Positions 52,885-64,000 of a stretch of 64,000 bases of DNA are shown in pieces; position 1 is the first letter of the stretch; each line of letters starts with the position of its first letter. The position numbers and the translations under genes are program-made. Under the pieces are notes generated by a model that searched no databases, was not told the DNA's origin, and saw only the letters and a program-made list of their open reading frames with translations. The stretch is from the human T2T-CHM13v2.0 reference genome, Homo sapiens, in assembly GCF_009914755.1 (NCBI RefSeq), contig NC_060926.1; one strand, written 5' to 3'.

Positions 52885-53700
52885 ACTTATTTATTCATTT
52901 GGTCAACAACTCTTTCTTTAATATGTGCTATGTGCCCAGTTCTATGCTAACACTGGGGCACAACAGTGAGAAAGAGAGAGAAAGAGGAGAGAGAAAAAAA
53001 AAAAAGCCAAAGTCTTTTCTCTCAAAGAGCTCACAAGCTAGGAGAAGACACAGCAATTACTTTTAAAGAGCCAAGGGAAAACATAGTTACAACCGTGAAA
53101 AGAGCCATGTGGGAAAAACACATGACACTATATGAGGAAAAAATATCTTTGTCAAGTAGGTCAAGGAAGGCTTCCTTGAAATAGTGATGATTAAGCTTAA
53201 CTCTGGAAGGCCAGCAGAAGCTAACTAGACAGAAAAGGGGGAAGCAGAATGGTGTCTTAGTCACAGGGAATAGCATGTGCAAAGGTCCTGTGACAGAAAG
53301 AAGAACAGGCTCTGGAGTGAGGGGAGGGTAATAAAAGGGGAGATAGCTTTGTTAAGGATGTTGGTCTTCATCGTAACAGCAATAGGTAGTCATTGGGGAT
53401 TTCAAGGAAAAAGGTGAAAAAAATCAGATTCTATTTAAAAGATCATTCTACTTGCTGTGTGGAAAATGGATTGGGCTGGAGGTGGCAGATCAGAATGAAA
53501 GCAGGAGACCAGATATGAAACTCAAGCCATTGTCCAGGCAGAAAGGACAGATGGTGGGTTGGACACGGGTGGTGGCAGTGGAGATGCAGAAAAGCAAACA
53601 GGTTTGCACAATGTTTTGGAGGCAACATTGCCAGGGGGTGGGAGTGAATTTGATATGCAGAGAGAATGTGGAGTCAGATGAGTCCGTGATTCCTGGCCTA
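52885..53700 (-). mobile_element. L2 fragment
   Basis: tgctatgtgcccagttctatgctaacactgggg...agcatgtgcaaaggtcctgtg...aagatcattctacttgctgtgtgga. Confidence 0.75.
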
Positions 53701-54409
53701 TTAATGAATGGAGAATAAACACTGGGTTGGCAGCATGAGACAGCCCCGGGGCCCTTCCTGACAACCTTGCCTGTCTCTCTGTAATGCTGAGAGCCTGTTT
53801 GCCATCTCCTGGGTATGTCTGATAGGGTTGCTGCACTATTTACTGTATCTGCTCATCAGGAGGACAAAATCATCTCAGTCTACCCAACAAACTGCCTTCA
53901 AGATCATTATCTCTGAAGGCCCCCATGGAGCCATGTGCAACTCTGAAAGCATTTCCAGGGAATGGTGGGCTGGCTTCATAAACGCTAAGTGAAATTCTGT
54001 GTTTCTGCCAGACACATTGATATATAGAACAATGCTGGTAAGGGTTCCCGCGTGGGATTTTTTTTAACCCACCTGGGAGGTATCCCCTGAACGGCAGTTG
54101 ACAATTAGCTGCTAAGTAAAAGGAGGCACTTATTTTTATTGCGGTCCTTGACAGCTTTATGTTCACTGTTTAAAAGCTGGAGAGTCCTGTGTGTAAAGGT
54201 GAGTGGCGAGGGGAAGTGCTGGGGGAAGAAGGGCCGGGAGGGCTGGGGCAGGTGCAGACAGATCCCATGGTTTCCTTTTTGGAGTCAGAACCTGAGCAGT
54301 ATTTGCAAGCATGTGCTGATCTGGAAGTGAGAGAAGAGGGTTCTTCCAGTCTGGGGAGGAGGGAAGGCCTGAGGCTGGCTCATCGGAGGCGTGAGTCTTC
54401 GGCCCTGCC

Positions 54410-54521
54410 ATGCCTCACATCCCCAGGATGCCGCGGTGGGAACTGGGCTGTGGCTTTCCTGCCCTGGCACTGCTTGTTTGCTGGGATTTCAGGAGGAAAA
54501 CCCCCAAGCTCCGAAAGAAAG
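54410..54521 (+). CDS. Candidate alternative first coding exon for a PH-less isoform (unverified)
   Basis: GCC-ATG at 54410 with an in-frame TGA 18 nt upstream. 37 codons plus 1 nt end at AAG|gtattt; phase 1 matches the GAP exon. Lies in unique, GC-rich sequence. Confidence 0.3.
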
Positions 54522-55659
54522 GTATTTCTTTTTTATTTTGTGGTTCACTTCTTCCACTAGAAGACTCGTTTCCCAGAGCCTCTACCCTCTCCTGTCAGGG
54601 GTGGGGAGCGCTTCTGGAACTGATACCCTGGGAAGGAGGTATCAGTGCTGAGCGGGCAGGCACAGTGTGTATGGGGGTGGGGAGCTCTCCCTGAGGCCTG
54701 GGCTGGGCTAGAGGCAGGGTGGGGAGGGGCTCTTGTCCTGATCTTAGGAGTGTTTCAGTGATGACAAAGGAGGACCAAGGTAGGGAGGGAGGTGACAGTT
54801 GCTCTTTCTATTTCCACTTCCCCAAAGCAACCCAGTTTCCTGGAGTTTTCCAGCAAATCTAAGGAAGGGGTTGAGGGTTAAGGGGTGGAGATGGATTGTG
54901 GGGAGAGCTAGGGCAGTTACTAGTGTGGTAGTGAGGCCTCACCCTTCTGTGGTTGTTCAGGATGGGGTCCAAAATTTTAGGTCTGAGGACTGGAGACAAG
55001 GCGAACATGGTATGAGGGGAGGTGGGGCTGGCATGGGCTGGCATGGTCTGGCATTAGAGGAACTCCCTTGAGACTTTATGATCTCTGAACTTTTATTCCA
55101 TTAGCTTTAAACTCTAAAGGGAAATAAAGCACTGAATATAGAATCACAGGGTAAATATGACCTCGGAAAAATTCCTGACTCAAATCTCAGTTTTCTCATC
55201 TGTAAAATGGAACAATAATATTTACTTTGTAGAGTTCTCATGAGGACTAAATGAGATAGCACATGTGAAAGTATCTGGGGTCAGTTCTCAGCATAAAATT
55301 AATGTCATTAATTACATTGGTTAATAGTTATAATTATCATATTACATATATTATAATTACATTATGGTAATTATATTACTTACAATTATTATAATAAATT
55401 CATGAAAATTTATACCTATTAAGATGGAAATGCTCTGCTAATGGCCAAAGGGGTGACAATTAGGACCCAGAGGTCAGACACTGGTATAACTCAGGACCAG
55501 GTCTTTGGAGTTCCAGGGATGTTTCTGATTCCAAACTCCTCATGTGATCTGAGATTAAGAGTGACAAAACCTGACTTAGCCAAGCTAAAAAAAAAACAAA
55601 GATGATTTTTCTCTCATGTAAGAAGTGACACTGTTGGTCCTGATGTCTCCAGAGCATCC

Positions 55660-56050
55660 AGTGGTTGGTTCTTGTTGAGAGAATAGCTTTGACGGATTTC
55701 TAGGCTGCAGATGTCAAGTTCAAAGTCTTCATCATATGGGTGATATTTAAAGTGGTGAGACTCTGAGAAAGTGTGCAGATGAGGGAGGGAGGCCCTGGGA
55801 CCCTCCAACATTTAGAGGACAGCAAGGACAGGAAGAATCCTCAGAGGAGGCTAAAAGCATCTGATGAGACACACGGAGAACCAAGAGGGACTGGTGTGCC
55901 AAAAGCCACATGAGAAAGTGTCCCAAGAAGGAGGGGGTGGCTTGCTGTATCACTTGCTGCTGATAGAGTAGTTAAGATGAAGACAGAGAATTTCATCTCA
56001 GATTTTAAAATGTAAAGGCCATTGGTCTCCTTGACAAGAATAGGTTTGGG
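55660..56050 (-). mobile_element. L2 fragment
   Basis: ccctccaacatttagagg...gagaaccaagagg...aagatgaagacagagaa. Confidence 0.65.
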
Positions 56051-56605
56051 GAAGTACTGAGCAGAGAAAAGGGGCAGAGAATGGGAGGAATGGGAGGCAG
56101 CAGGTAGTGACAGCTCTCTGAGGTCCATCACATACCAGGTTCTGAAAACAGATGCTGAGCCAGATGAACTGTCTGCCTTTGAGGGGTCCACAGTCCAGTG
56201 GAAGAGAGGGATGTTTAAGTGAATCATCATAAAATTACATGACAGTGATAACATCGAGGAACACACAGGGAGCTCTATGAGTAGAGGAAAGAGTGACCAG
56301 TTTTCTCTGAGAAGACATCCAAATTCAGAAGACTGGGTTTCCAGGTGGAGAGTAGGAGGAAGGGCATTCTCTTGAGAATTTTTTAAAAGCAAAAACCATT
56401 TTTCATTCTTCCTTTCATACTCTCTAACTATCAAAGAGCCTGGCCCACAGCAAATGCTCAGCCTACATTTGTTGAATGACTTTGTGAATTCTGGTGGAAG
56501 GAATTTGCAAGAAACAGAGTTGCAAAAGAAACCATTATAACGATATAGGCAGCAGCAGTGAGAATAGGGAGCTTGTTTAAAGCATATTTGGAATGTACCA
56601 ACCTA

Positions 56606-56892
56606 GGCCGGGCGCGGTGGCTCATGCCTGTAATCCAGCACTTTGAGAGGCCAAGGTGGGCAGATCACGAGGTCAGGAGATCGAGACCTTCCTGGCTAAC
56701 ACGGAGAAAATACAAAATATCATCCAGGTGTGGTGGCACGTGCCTGTAGTCCCAGCTACTCGGGAGGCTTAGGCAGGAGAATCTCTTGAACCCGGGAGAA
56801 GGAAGTTTCAGTGAGCCAAGATTGCGCCACTGCACCCTAGCCTGGATGACAAAGCAAGACTCCATCTCAAAAAAAAAAAAAAAAAAAAAAAA
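56606..56892 (+). mobile_element. Alu (AluSc/Y-like) with a small internal deletion and 15-bp TSD
   Basis: TSD gaatgtaccaaccta / gaatgtgccaaccta. Lacks the ccccgtctctacta segment near 56707. Confidence 0.95.
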
Positions 56893-57279
56893 GAATGTGC
56901 CAACCTATTTGGGGAGAGTGAAGAGTGTTGCGGATAATTCTAATGCTCACAATTTTGCTAATTGGGTTAGTTAAGTGCAGGTACCTTGTATTAATGGCTT
57001 TGTATTTTCAGTGCCTAGGACAGTACCTGGCACTTGACGATGGAATGAAGCTATTGCCTTTGAGGAAGGCTACAGGAGAAGCAGTGATTTAGGGATGGGA
57101 CGATAGTGAGATTAGAGAAGATACTGGGAGAATTGCCATTAGACATTGAACTTATGGGAATAGAGGAGAAAGAGAGAGAGAGAGAGAGAGAGAAAAGATG
57201 GAAATAGATATGATATAACTACATATACAATGATAAAATAAAACACTTTTTTTATGAGTATAATACTAAAGAGAGAAAA

Positions 57280-58025
57280 GCAAATGTTGGTCATTTGCAT
57301 GAGAGCTGAGGTGGGGGATTATTCTTTCATAAATTATATCTATCAATCCATATGTACACACACATATATCCATATATACACATATATCCATATATACACA
57401 TATGTGTGTGTATATATATACACACACATATATACACACATATACATACATACATATATATATAGAGAGAGAGAGAGATCTGGACCAGATATGCAGATTA
57501 ATAAGTTATAAGTTTATAGGTGATATCTAAATGTGTGGAATCATATGCACTTTCCTAAGGAGAATACTAGAGTGAGAAGAAAAGAAGCCTGAGTTGGAAT
57601 CCCAGGAAATGATGCACCAAACGAGCAGGTGGAAGATGGAGCACAGTCAAAGACACTTGAAAGGAGTCATCAGTGACATGAGCATAGAACAGGAATGATT
57701 GGATTTATTGCAATGTAGGGAGAAAGTATTGAAGAGGAAGGAGAATTAACAACATCAGTCTTCAGAGAAGATCAGTAAGTAGGGTGTGGAATGAACATTA
57801 GGAGAGCACTAGAAATCTTAGTGAGCAGATTTAGTGAAGAAGTGCAGGCTAATGAAACCAGATTGTGATGGGTTGAGAGGCTGAGTAGTGAGTGATAAGT
57901 GAGGAAGTGGGGCAGACATCTCTCTAGAAGTAGACATTTTTATTACAAGTATATGGTAAAGAGAAGGAAGGCAAATGTTGGTCATTTGCATGAGAACTGA
58001 GGTGGGAGATTATTCTTTCATAAAT
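57280..58025 (+). repeat. Dispersed 55-bp direct repeat, copies at 57280-57334 and 57971-58025
   Basis: gcaaatgttggtcatttgcatgagaRctgaggtgggRgattattctttcataaat; 53/55 identical, 691 bp apart. Confidence 0.92.
57350..57478. repeat. Complex (TA/CA)n-(GA)n microsatellite; also (GA)n at 57172-57192
   Basis: Visible. Confidence 0.9.
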
Positions 58026-60858
58026 GGCAAAGACTTAGACCCACGTGGGATCTTTCAATTGAAAGAGAAAATTTCAACATACAAAGAGAAACAGTAAGTA
58101 CTGGAAGAGATGGAAGGAATGGAACCCACAGTTCAAGAAGGCATCATCCTAGATGAAAGGTAGGGCCCTTTTCTTCCTCTGGGAGAAGACAGGAACACAG
58201 AGGAGAAAGGATGGGAAAGGCAGGGACTGGAGATGAGGGAGTTCACTCGTAACCCTCCATTTGATAATGGAAGGAAAGAGGAGCCAAGATCACCTGTTGA
58301 GACAGAGAAGGGAGGGAATGGGTGGGGAGCTCAACAGGAGTGGCAAAAATTTGGAACCAGTGTCTTGCAGAGATTGGAAGGATAAATTTCCACAATATGG
58401 TTGTGCATGGTCTTTTGTAGTTCTCAATGGCCTGATGAAGACACACAAAGGGTAGTAGGAAGCAGCAGGGCGGGGATGTTGAAGAAAAAAGTATGGGTCA
58501 GATTAATATTGAAAGGGCTGCATTTGAGGCATGAGAGAAATAGAGGATGAAGGCAGGACAAGGCTGATAGACTGGGATGAGGAGAAAAGCTAGAGAACTA
58601 GACATATATTAAGGTGTAAGAAGGAGCTTGGCCCCAAATCATCTGCAAGGTGGAGCATCTCCTATAAGACCTCAGAAATGGAGCTTGAATTTGAAAGCTT
58701 TGACTTCTCTGTGCACATCCTTACATTGTGTTTGTGCTATCTTTCCCCATCAAGTCCAGTGGACCTCTGGAGCCTGAGTTTCAACTGTTCCAAGAGACAT
58801 CTGCCTCTCTCATTGAAGGGCCCCTCTCTGGACCTCTCAAAAGAGAATTTTCCTGATGCTATCTGGTCTGTTTTAAGTCGGAATATTTCAATCATGTCCT
58901 ATCAATTTGGTGAAAAGATCTGTCCAGCTCCTTTTACAGACAAATAGAAACCTAATTCCATATGGTTATTGAAATTTTCTAATTGTTTCTCACCATGTTT
59001 TGTGTGACCCCTCAAAGGCAGACAGTCCATCTGTTATGTTATTTTCATAACTTGTTGGCAAACTCATTAAAAGCAGGAACAAGGTCTTCCATGTGCCTTG
59101 TCTGTACAACCCATTCCATGGAACCTGGTGCTGGCACATGGCAGGGCACTCAATGCATGCTAGTGGGAAGCTGAATTCATATATCAAGGAGATTCCTATT
59201 AGTGTTTAAACTAAAGAAATGCCGAATAACCATTAGTCATGTGAAATACTTGCTTAAAGACAAATTGATTCATTAAATCCTTCAGCAAAATTTGTTGACT
59301 GTCTACCTTTTGCCAGGGGTTACACTAGACATTGGGGATGAAAACAGCCTTTCCTCCTATTCTCAGTAGCAGGGAGCTTACAATCATGCAGATGACACAG
59401 GTACATACAAATCATGATCACAGAGTGCGGGAAGGATTGGGATATTCAAGAAACAATACGGTGCACAGAGTAGGATGTAGTCCCTCCATCTGGATGTCAG
59501 GAAGGCATGGCAGATATGATGATATTTGAGAGGGGCCAAGGAGGAGAAAAAGAATTTTGTCCTCTTTGTCCTCCTGGTGCAGCCAGGGAAGGGGGAGAGC
59601 AGACTGGACAGGGAGGAGACTGTTCAAGGACATGGAGACTGCAGAGCATTACGTTTTGGAAACGTCAGTGTGAGTTGCTTCTTGGGGCATGGCAGGACAT
59701 CAGGCCAGGAAAGCAGGTGGGTGCCAAGCCTTGAGGAATGCCAGCCTTGATTCTCAAACTTTAGCCACAGAAGTATCTAATCACAGTCTCACCGCAATGC
59801 AATAAGTGAAACGAACAACAGCCAAGCAGATTTGGTGGTAGTGGGGAATACAGAGGCCACCTATTCAGCTCCTTCTAGATTCCACACTCTCACCTCCCAA
59901 CACCTGATGTGATGAAAGAGGAGTCCCTGATGAACTGCCAGGGCTTTAAATGTCTATTTGAAAACCATCACTGTGGCAGTTGGGAGAGAAGCAGATGAGT
60001 ACTGAAAACCAAGAGAAAGGCGCTCAAGCAGAATGATGCTTTAGAAAGGCAAGCAGCAGGAGGGTTTCGAACATGATAGAGAGAAGAGACTGTAGCGGTT
60101 ACAGGTGAGAGAGGAGGCTGGCCTACGCTGGGTAGTGGGTAGGAGCGGAAAAGAACATGAGGGTCAAGAGCCTGGTACAGCTCTATACAGGTGGAATCCA
60201 CAGGAACTCGAGATGGGATGGAGGGGACCAACGTGAGAGAGAGAATCATGGGGAGAGTCAAGTGACTTTGCAAACGGATGTCCTAGGGATTGAAGTGCTG
60301 GGTGCAGCAGAGCCCTGATTATGGCAGAGGGAAAGTCACGCAGGACAGGACAGAAGCCACGGCCTGTCTTCTGAACCTCCAGGGTATGGAAGCCTGGTGG
60401 GAGAATGGATAGGCAGTGGTTGTCCTGATTTGTAAATTTGTCTTCTCACACTGCCGGTGCGGGGAAACTGTGGAGCAAAGTTTCTCCACGCAGACAGAGC
60501 TGGGGTGGAGCTGGCCCACACTTGCTTTGCTGGAGGCAGGGTAATTTGGGAAAATATTTTTGGAAAGCAATTTGCATGCCATCAAGTTATAAAAATGTTC
60601 AAACCTCTTGACCCAGTAATTCTACACTTGGGAATTTGTCCTAAGGAAATAGTTCAAAAGAATGAAACGCTTTTGTTCATGCATCCAAATGTTAATTAAT
60701 TAGAAATTATGCATTGTACTGCATACATTCCAGGATCTCTGCCAGGTGAATGAACGTGTTTGCTGTGGCAATGTTTATAATTAGGACATAGTAAACAACC
60801 TAAATTATTTTAAATGCCACAGTGGTTTAGTGAGATGAAACATCTATGTGATAGACTA

Positions 60859-61217
60859 CAGTAGTCCCTCTTTATCCTTGGGGGGATACATTTCAAGACC
60901 GCAGTGGATGCCTGAGATCTCAGGTAGTACTGAACCCTATACACATTATGTCTTTTCAGTCTTATAACTGAGACAACTACTAAGTATAACTGAGACAACT
61001 ACTACGCGACTCCTGGGCAAGTAGTGTATATAACGTGGATACACTGGACAAAGGGATGACTCACATCTTAGGCTGGACCGAGCGGGACCGCGAGAGATTT
61101 CATCATGCTACTCAGAATGACATGCAATTTAAAACTTATGAATTGTTTGTTTCTGGAATTTTGCATTTAATATTTTCAGACTGCAGTTGACCGTGGATAA
61201 GGGAGGATGCCATACTG
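60859..61217 (-). mobile_element. MER44/Tigger7-type TcMar MITE
   Basis: TA|cagtagtccctctttatcc terminus, gagatttcatcatgctactcagaa...aaaacttatgaattgttt, and gtggataaggg...actg. Internal 22-bp tandem duplication at 60963/60985. Confidence 0.85.
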
Positions 61218-61721
61218 TGTTATGCTTTACTACTCTGTGACGCCAGTGGAACTCAAAACGGCCTGCTTGCTGCCGTGGTTAAGGCATATTGTTGGGAGTT
61301 CACTGCCTAGGCCTGAATCCCAACTGTGTCATGCTCTGAGCTGCCTGACTTTGGCAAGGGTCTAAGGCTCAGTGTCTTTAACAGTAAGGTGCGTGTGACA
61401 TTAATACCATCTCATGGGGTTGCTGTCAAGGTTAAAGGACAAAAAGTGTGCAATTCCTAGCAAAAGAATTCAGCAAAAGCCAACCATTATTTTAAATATG
61501 TAAGAAATGTGGGTCAATATAAAAAGACTGATAAAGACTGCCTCAAATTTACAGGCCCCTATTTATAGCTTCAGGAAATATTCTGAGTGATTTATCTCCC
61601 ATATTTTGTCTAGTATCATTGCAATAAAACCTGTGAAGACACAGGTGACACAGAAAGTCAAGAAATAGTTCATCCAAGGAAGCACAGAATGACGGGCAGG
61701 TTCTGTTTGCTCTCTCCTCAG

Positions 61722-61929
61722 CAGTGTTTGGCCAGCGCTTGGATGAGACTGTGGCCTATGAACAGAAATTCGGCCCCCATCTGGTGCCCATCCTGGTGGA
61801 GAAATGTGCAGAGTTCATCCTGGAGCACGGCCGGAATGAAGAGGGCATCTTCCGTCTGCCTGGGCAGGACAACCTGGTGAAGCAGCTGAGAGACGCTTTT
61901 GATGCTGGGGAGCGGCCCTCCTTTGACAG
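61722..61929 (+). CDS. ARHGAP25: ARHGAP25 coding exon, start of RhoGAP domain with arginine finger (alternative acceptor at 61725)
   Basis: ctctctcctCAG|CAG|TG...GAC AG|gtacat encodes (A)VFGQRLDE...VPILVEKCAEFILEHGRNEEGIFRLPG...PSFDR. The EGIFR motif Arg is CGT 61853-61855. Confidence 0.96.
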
Positions 61930-64000
61930 GTACATTGCCCCACTGCAGTGTCCCACCTCTGCCCTCCCCTCTGCTTGGCTTGGCTGGGAGGGCCTCTCCA
62001 TTCCAGTTGAGCTATGGGACTTGCATAGAGACTTCTAAGAGCCCTGGCTTACAACAGAAAGAGCCTTTGTTTCGCCCATGATTGGGAATTTGGGAGACGG
62101 GAGCACAGTTAGGAGAGTGTGCAGATAGTTTATGTGACAGATGATGTGAACCAGAACTGGAACCCTGCTGGGCAGATTCAGGTGATGTTTAAGGCACAGG
62201 AGAAGGTGATGTGCAGAGGAGGGGAGAAAGATGGGACGTTGCCTGAGGCTCACCCTTCAGGACAGATGAGGAACATGGAAGAGCTGAGCTGTACAAACAC
62301 TCAGTGTAGTGGAGAATGCACCAGATCTATATCCAAGGGCACCAGCGGCTTTCGTTAGCATTCCAGAAGTGGCTAGAACCAGGACTTCTTGTTAGTTTCC
62401 TGGATCACAGTACTACGTGATTCTGACTCAGTTCTGAGCCCTTTTGCAGGAGCACATCCTGATATCTTGGCCGCCTGGCATTCCTAAGTGTGGAGGTCTC
62501 CCAGCCCTGTTTGGGGCATATCAGGCATAGTGACATTTCCTCCCACCACCCCCTTCCTCCCCACCTTCTCCAGCCACTCAGCTGAGGTTTCCTTCTCTGC
62601 CACACTCAGCTAGTAAAATCCCCACCCGATGTTGTGCAATCTCCACCCCAGTTGCCTGCGTGAACTTGTCCTGCTGGCATAAGATTGACTGCTCTTTCCA
62701 AATTAGCAGCCCATAAACCAAGGTTTAATAAGATGGGCCGGAACTCTACCCAGTTTCCAAAAATGAAAGTTGCTAAGCTTATTTTGGACAATGGGGTTGG
62801 GTTGATTCTGAGAAAATTGTGAAGACCTAAGTGTCATCTTGTGTAGAAGCTCCCTCACCCCTCACTCTAATCACCAACGCCGCCCATTTTTCCTCCAAAG
62901 CTTCTCTGAGGTCTATATGTTTCTCTCCATGCTTATGGCCACAGTTGTAGTTTGGACAACCATAGGGGTGTCTTTCTTGCCCTTAATAAGTTAATTTCCC
63001 ATGGGTGCTATATTTTAGCACCCTAGGAAGCAAGAGATGGGGTTCTTATTGGAACAATAGCCCGTTATTGGCATCAAACACAGGGACCTTTCAGCAGCAC
63101 CATAAACTGCACCTTGTTATCAGGCACTTGTTCCATTATGCTCACCACCTTTATATTCAGTTTCTTTTTATGTTTTCAGTTAACCTTGGCCTGAAGAAAG
63201 ATACAGGTGGGTTGTTGCTAGAGCAATGCCATATAGTGTGCCAAAAGGAATAGAGGTGATTGCTGGGATATGCCAAATAACTGCCTTAGGCTCTAGCCTA
63301 TGCACTATGGAGTTGGCATGGGTGGTGGTGTGGGAATCTTTGATTATTTTGAAATATTTGAGGCTGGAAGGAGGAAAATTACCTTACCTTGCGACATCTC
63401 CACCCCTAGAAGTGAGGGGTAGGGTTTTTACACATCCAGAAATAGGAAAGGTCATCGGGGGCTTTTCAGGGGCTTCGCAGGGGCAACTCTTAGGTCCACA
63501 TAACCCTTGAGAGGACAAGTCTGATTTGGGAGGTATGACTGACTCTTATTTGATTCTTATTATTTAGTTACATTTGGGCATATTTAGGAGAGACCAGGTC
63601 TTCTCTCTCCTATTCCACTCATGATTCTGAAAACCCTCTTTTCCCCTTTTTCTGCCCTCTCTCCACCCCCTTTTATACTCCCCTACTTCTCATTCCATGG
63701 TGTGTTTTGGTGTTGAGGGCTGTGCCCCGCAATGGGCAGAGCATAGAATGCCGGATGCATAGGGTAGGGAAAGGAGGGAAGGGGCTTACAGGGATCAGGC
63801 TGACTTTGGGATCATAGAATTGACAAAACCAATAACTCAAGACAGGTCAACAAAACTGGCAAATTAACTCTGAAGTGAAAGTGACCAGTGTTAGATGATT
63901 TCCTGAGAGTGATTCTGGCCTGGGAGTGGGAGAGGAAGAGACCAGCCTTGAGACAGTGTTAACCTGAATTGTGTGTGGGAGTTCTGAAGAGGGGCAGTGT

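Noticed and set aside
54267-54390. Alternative ATG-to-GTGAGT pair, also in phase with the GAP exon
   Set aside because: Poor exonic donor context (GGC|gt) and no resemblance to paralogue N-termini; kept only as a caution about chance in-frame pairs.
55841-56434. Longest ORF in the track (197 aa, minus strand)
   Set aside because: Non-ATG start, overlaps L2 remnant, no protein motif or splice support.

Overview
Primate, almost certainly human, genomic DNA from inside the RhoGAP gene ARHGAP25 (+ strand). The window runs from within the large first intron to just past the first RhoGAP-domain exon. Four canonical coding exons splice in frame: 29693-29892, 36709-36796, 42316-42432 and 61722/61725-61929. 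They encode the PH domain and the start of the RhoGAP domain, including the arginine finger. A CpG-rich internal promoter at about 29.0-29.9 kb supplies an alternative N-terminus (MSLGQSACLFLSI, ATG 29653). The rest is intron, rich in Alus, two long decayed L1s, L2/MIR fragments, DNA transposon MITEs and microsatellites. Nearly all ORFs in the supplied track are repeat-derived or chance. I see no CRISPR array, tRNA or rRNA gene, or prokaryotic-type system. The best lead is a candidate alternative first coding exon at 54410-54521. It would splice in frame to the GAP exon and give a PH-less isoform resembling the short isoform of the paralogue ARHGAP24; this is inference and needs transcript evidence. 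Repeat subfamily names and boundaries were assigned by eye and are approximate.
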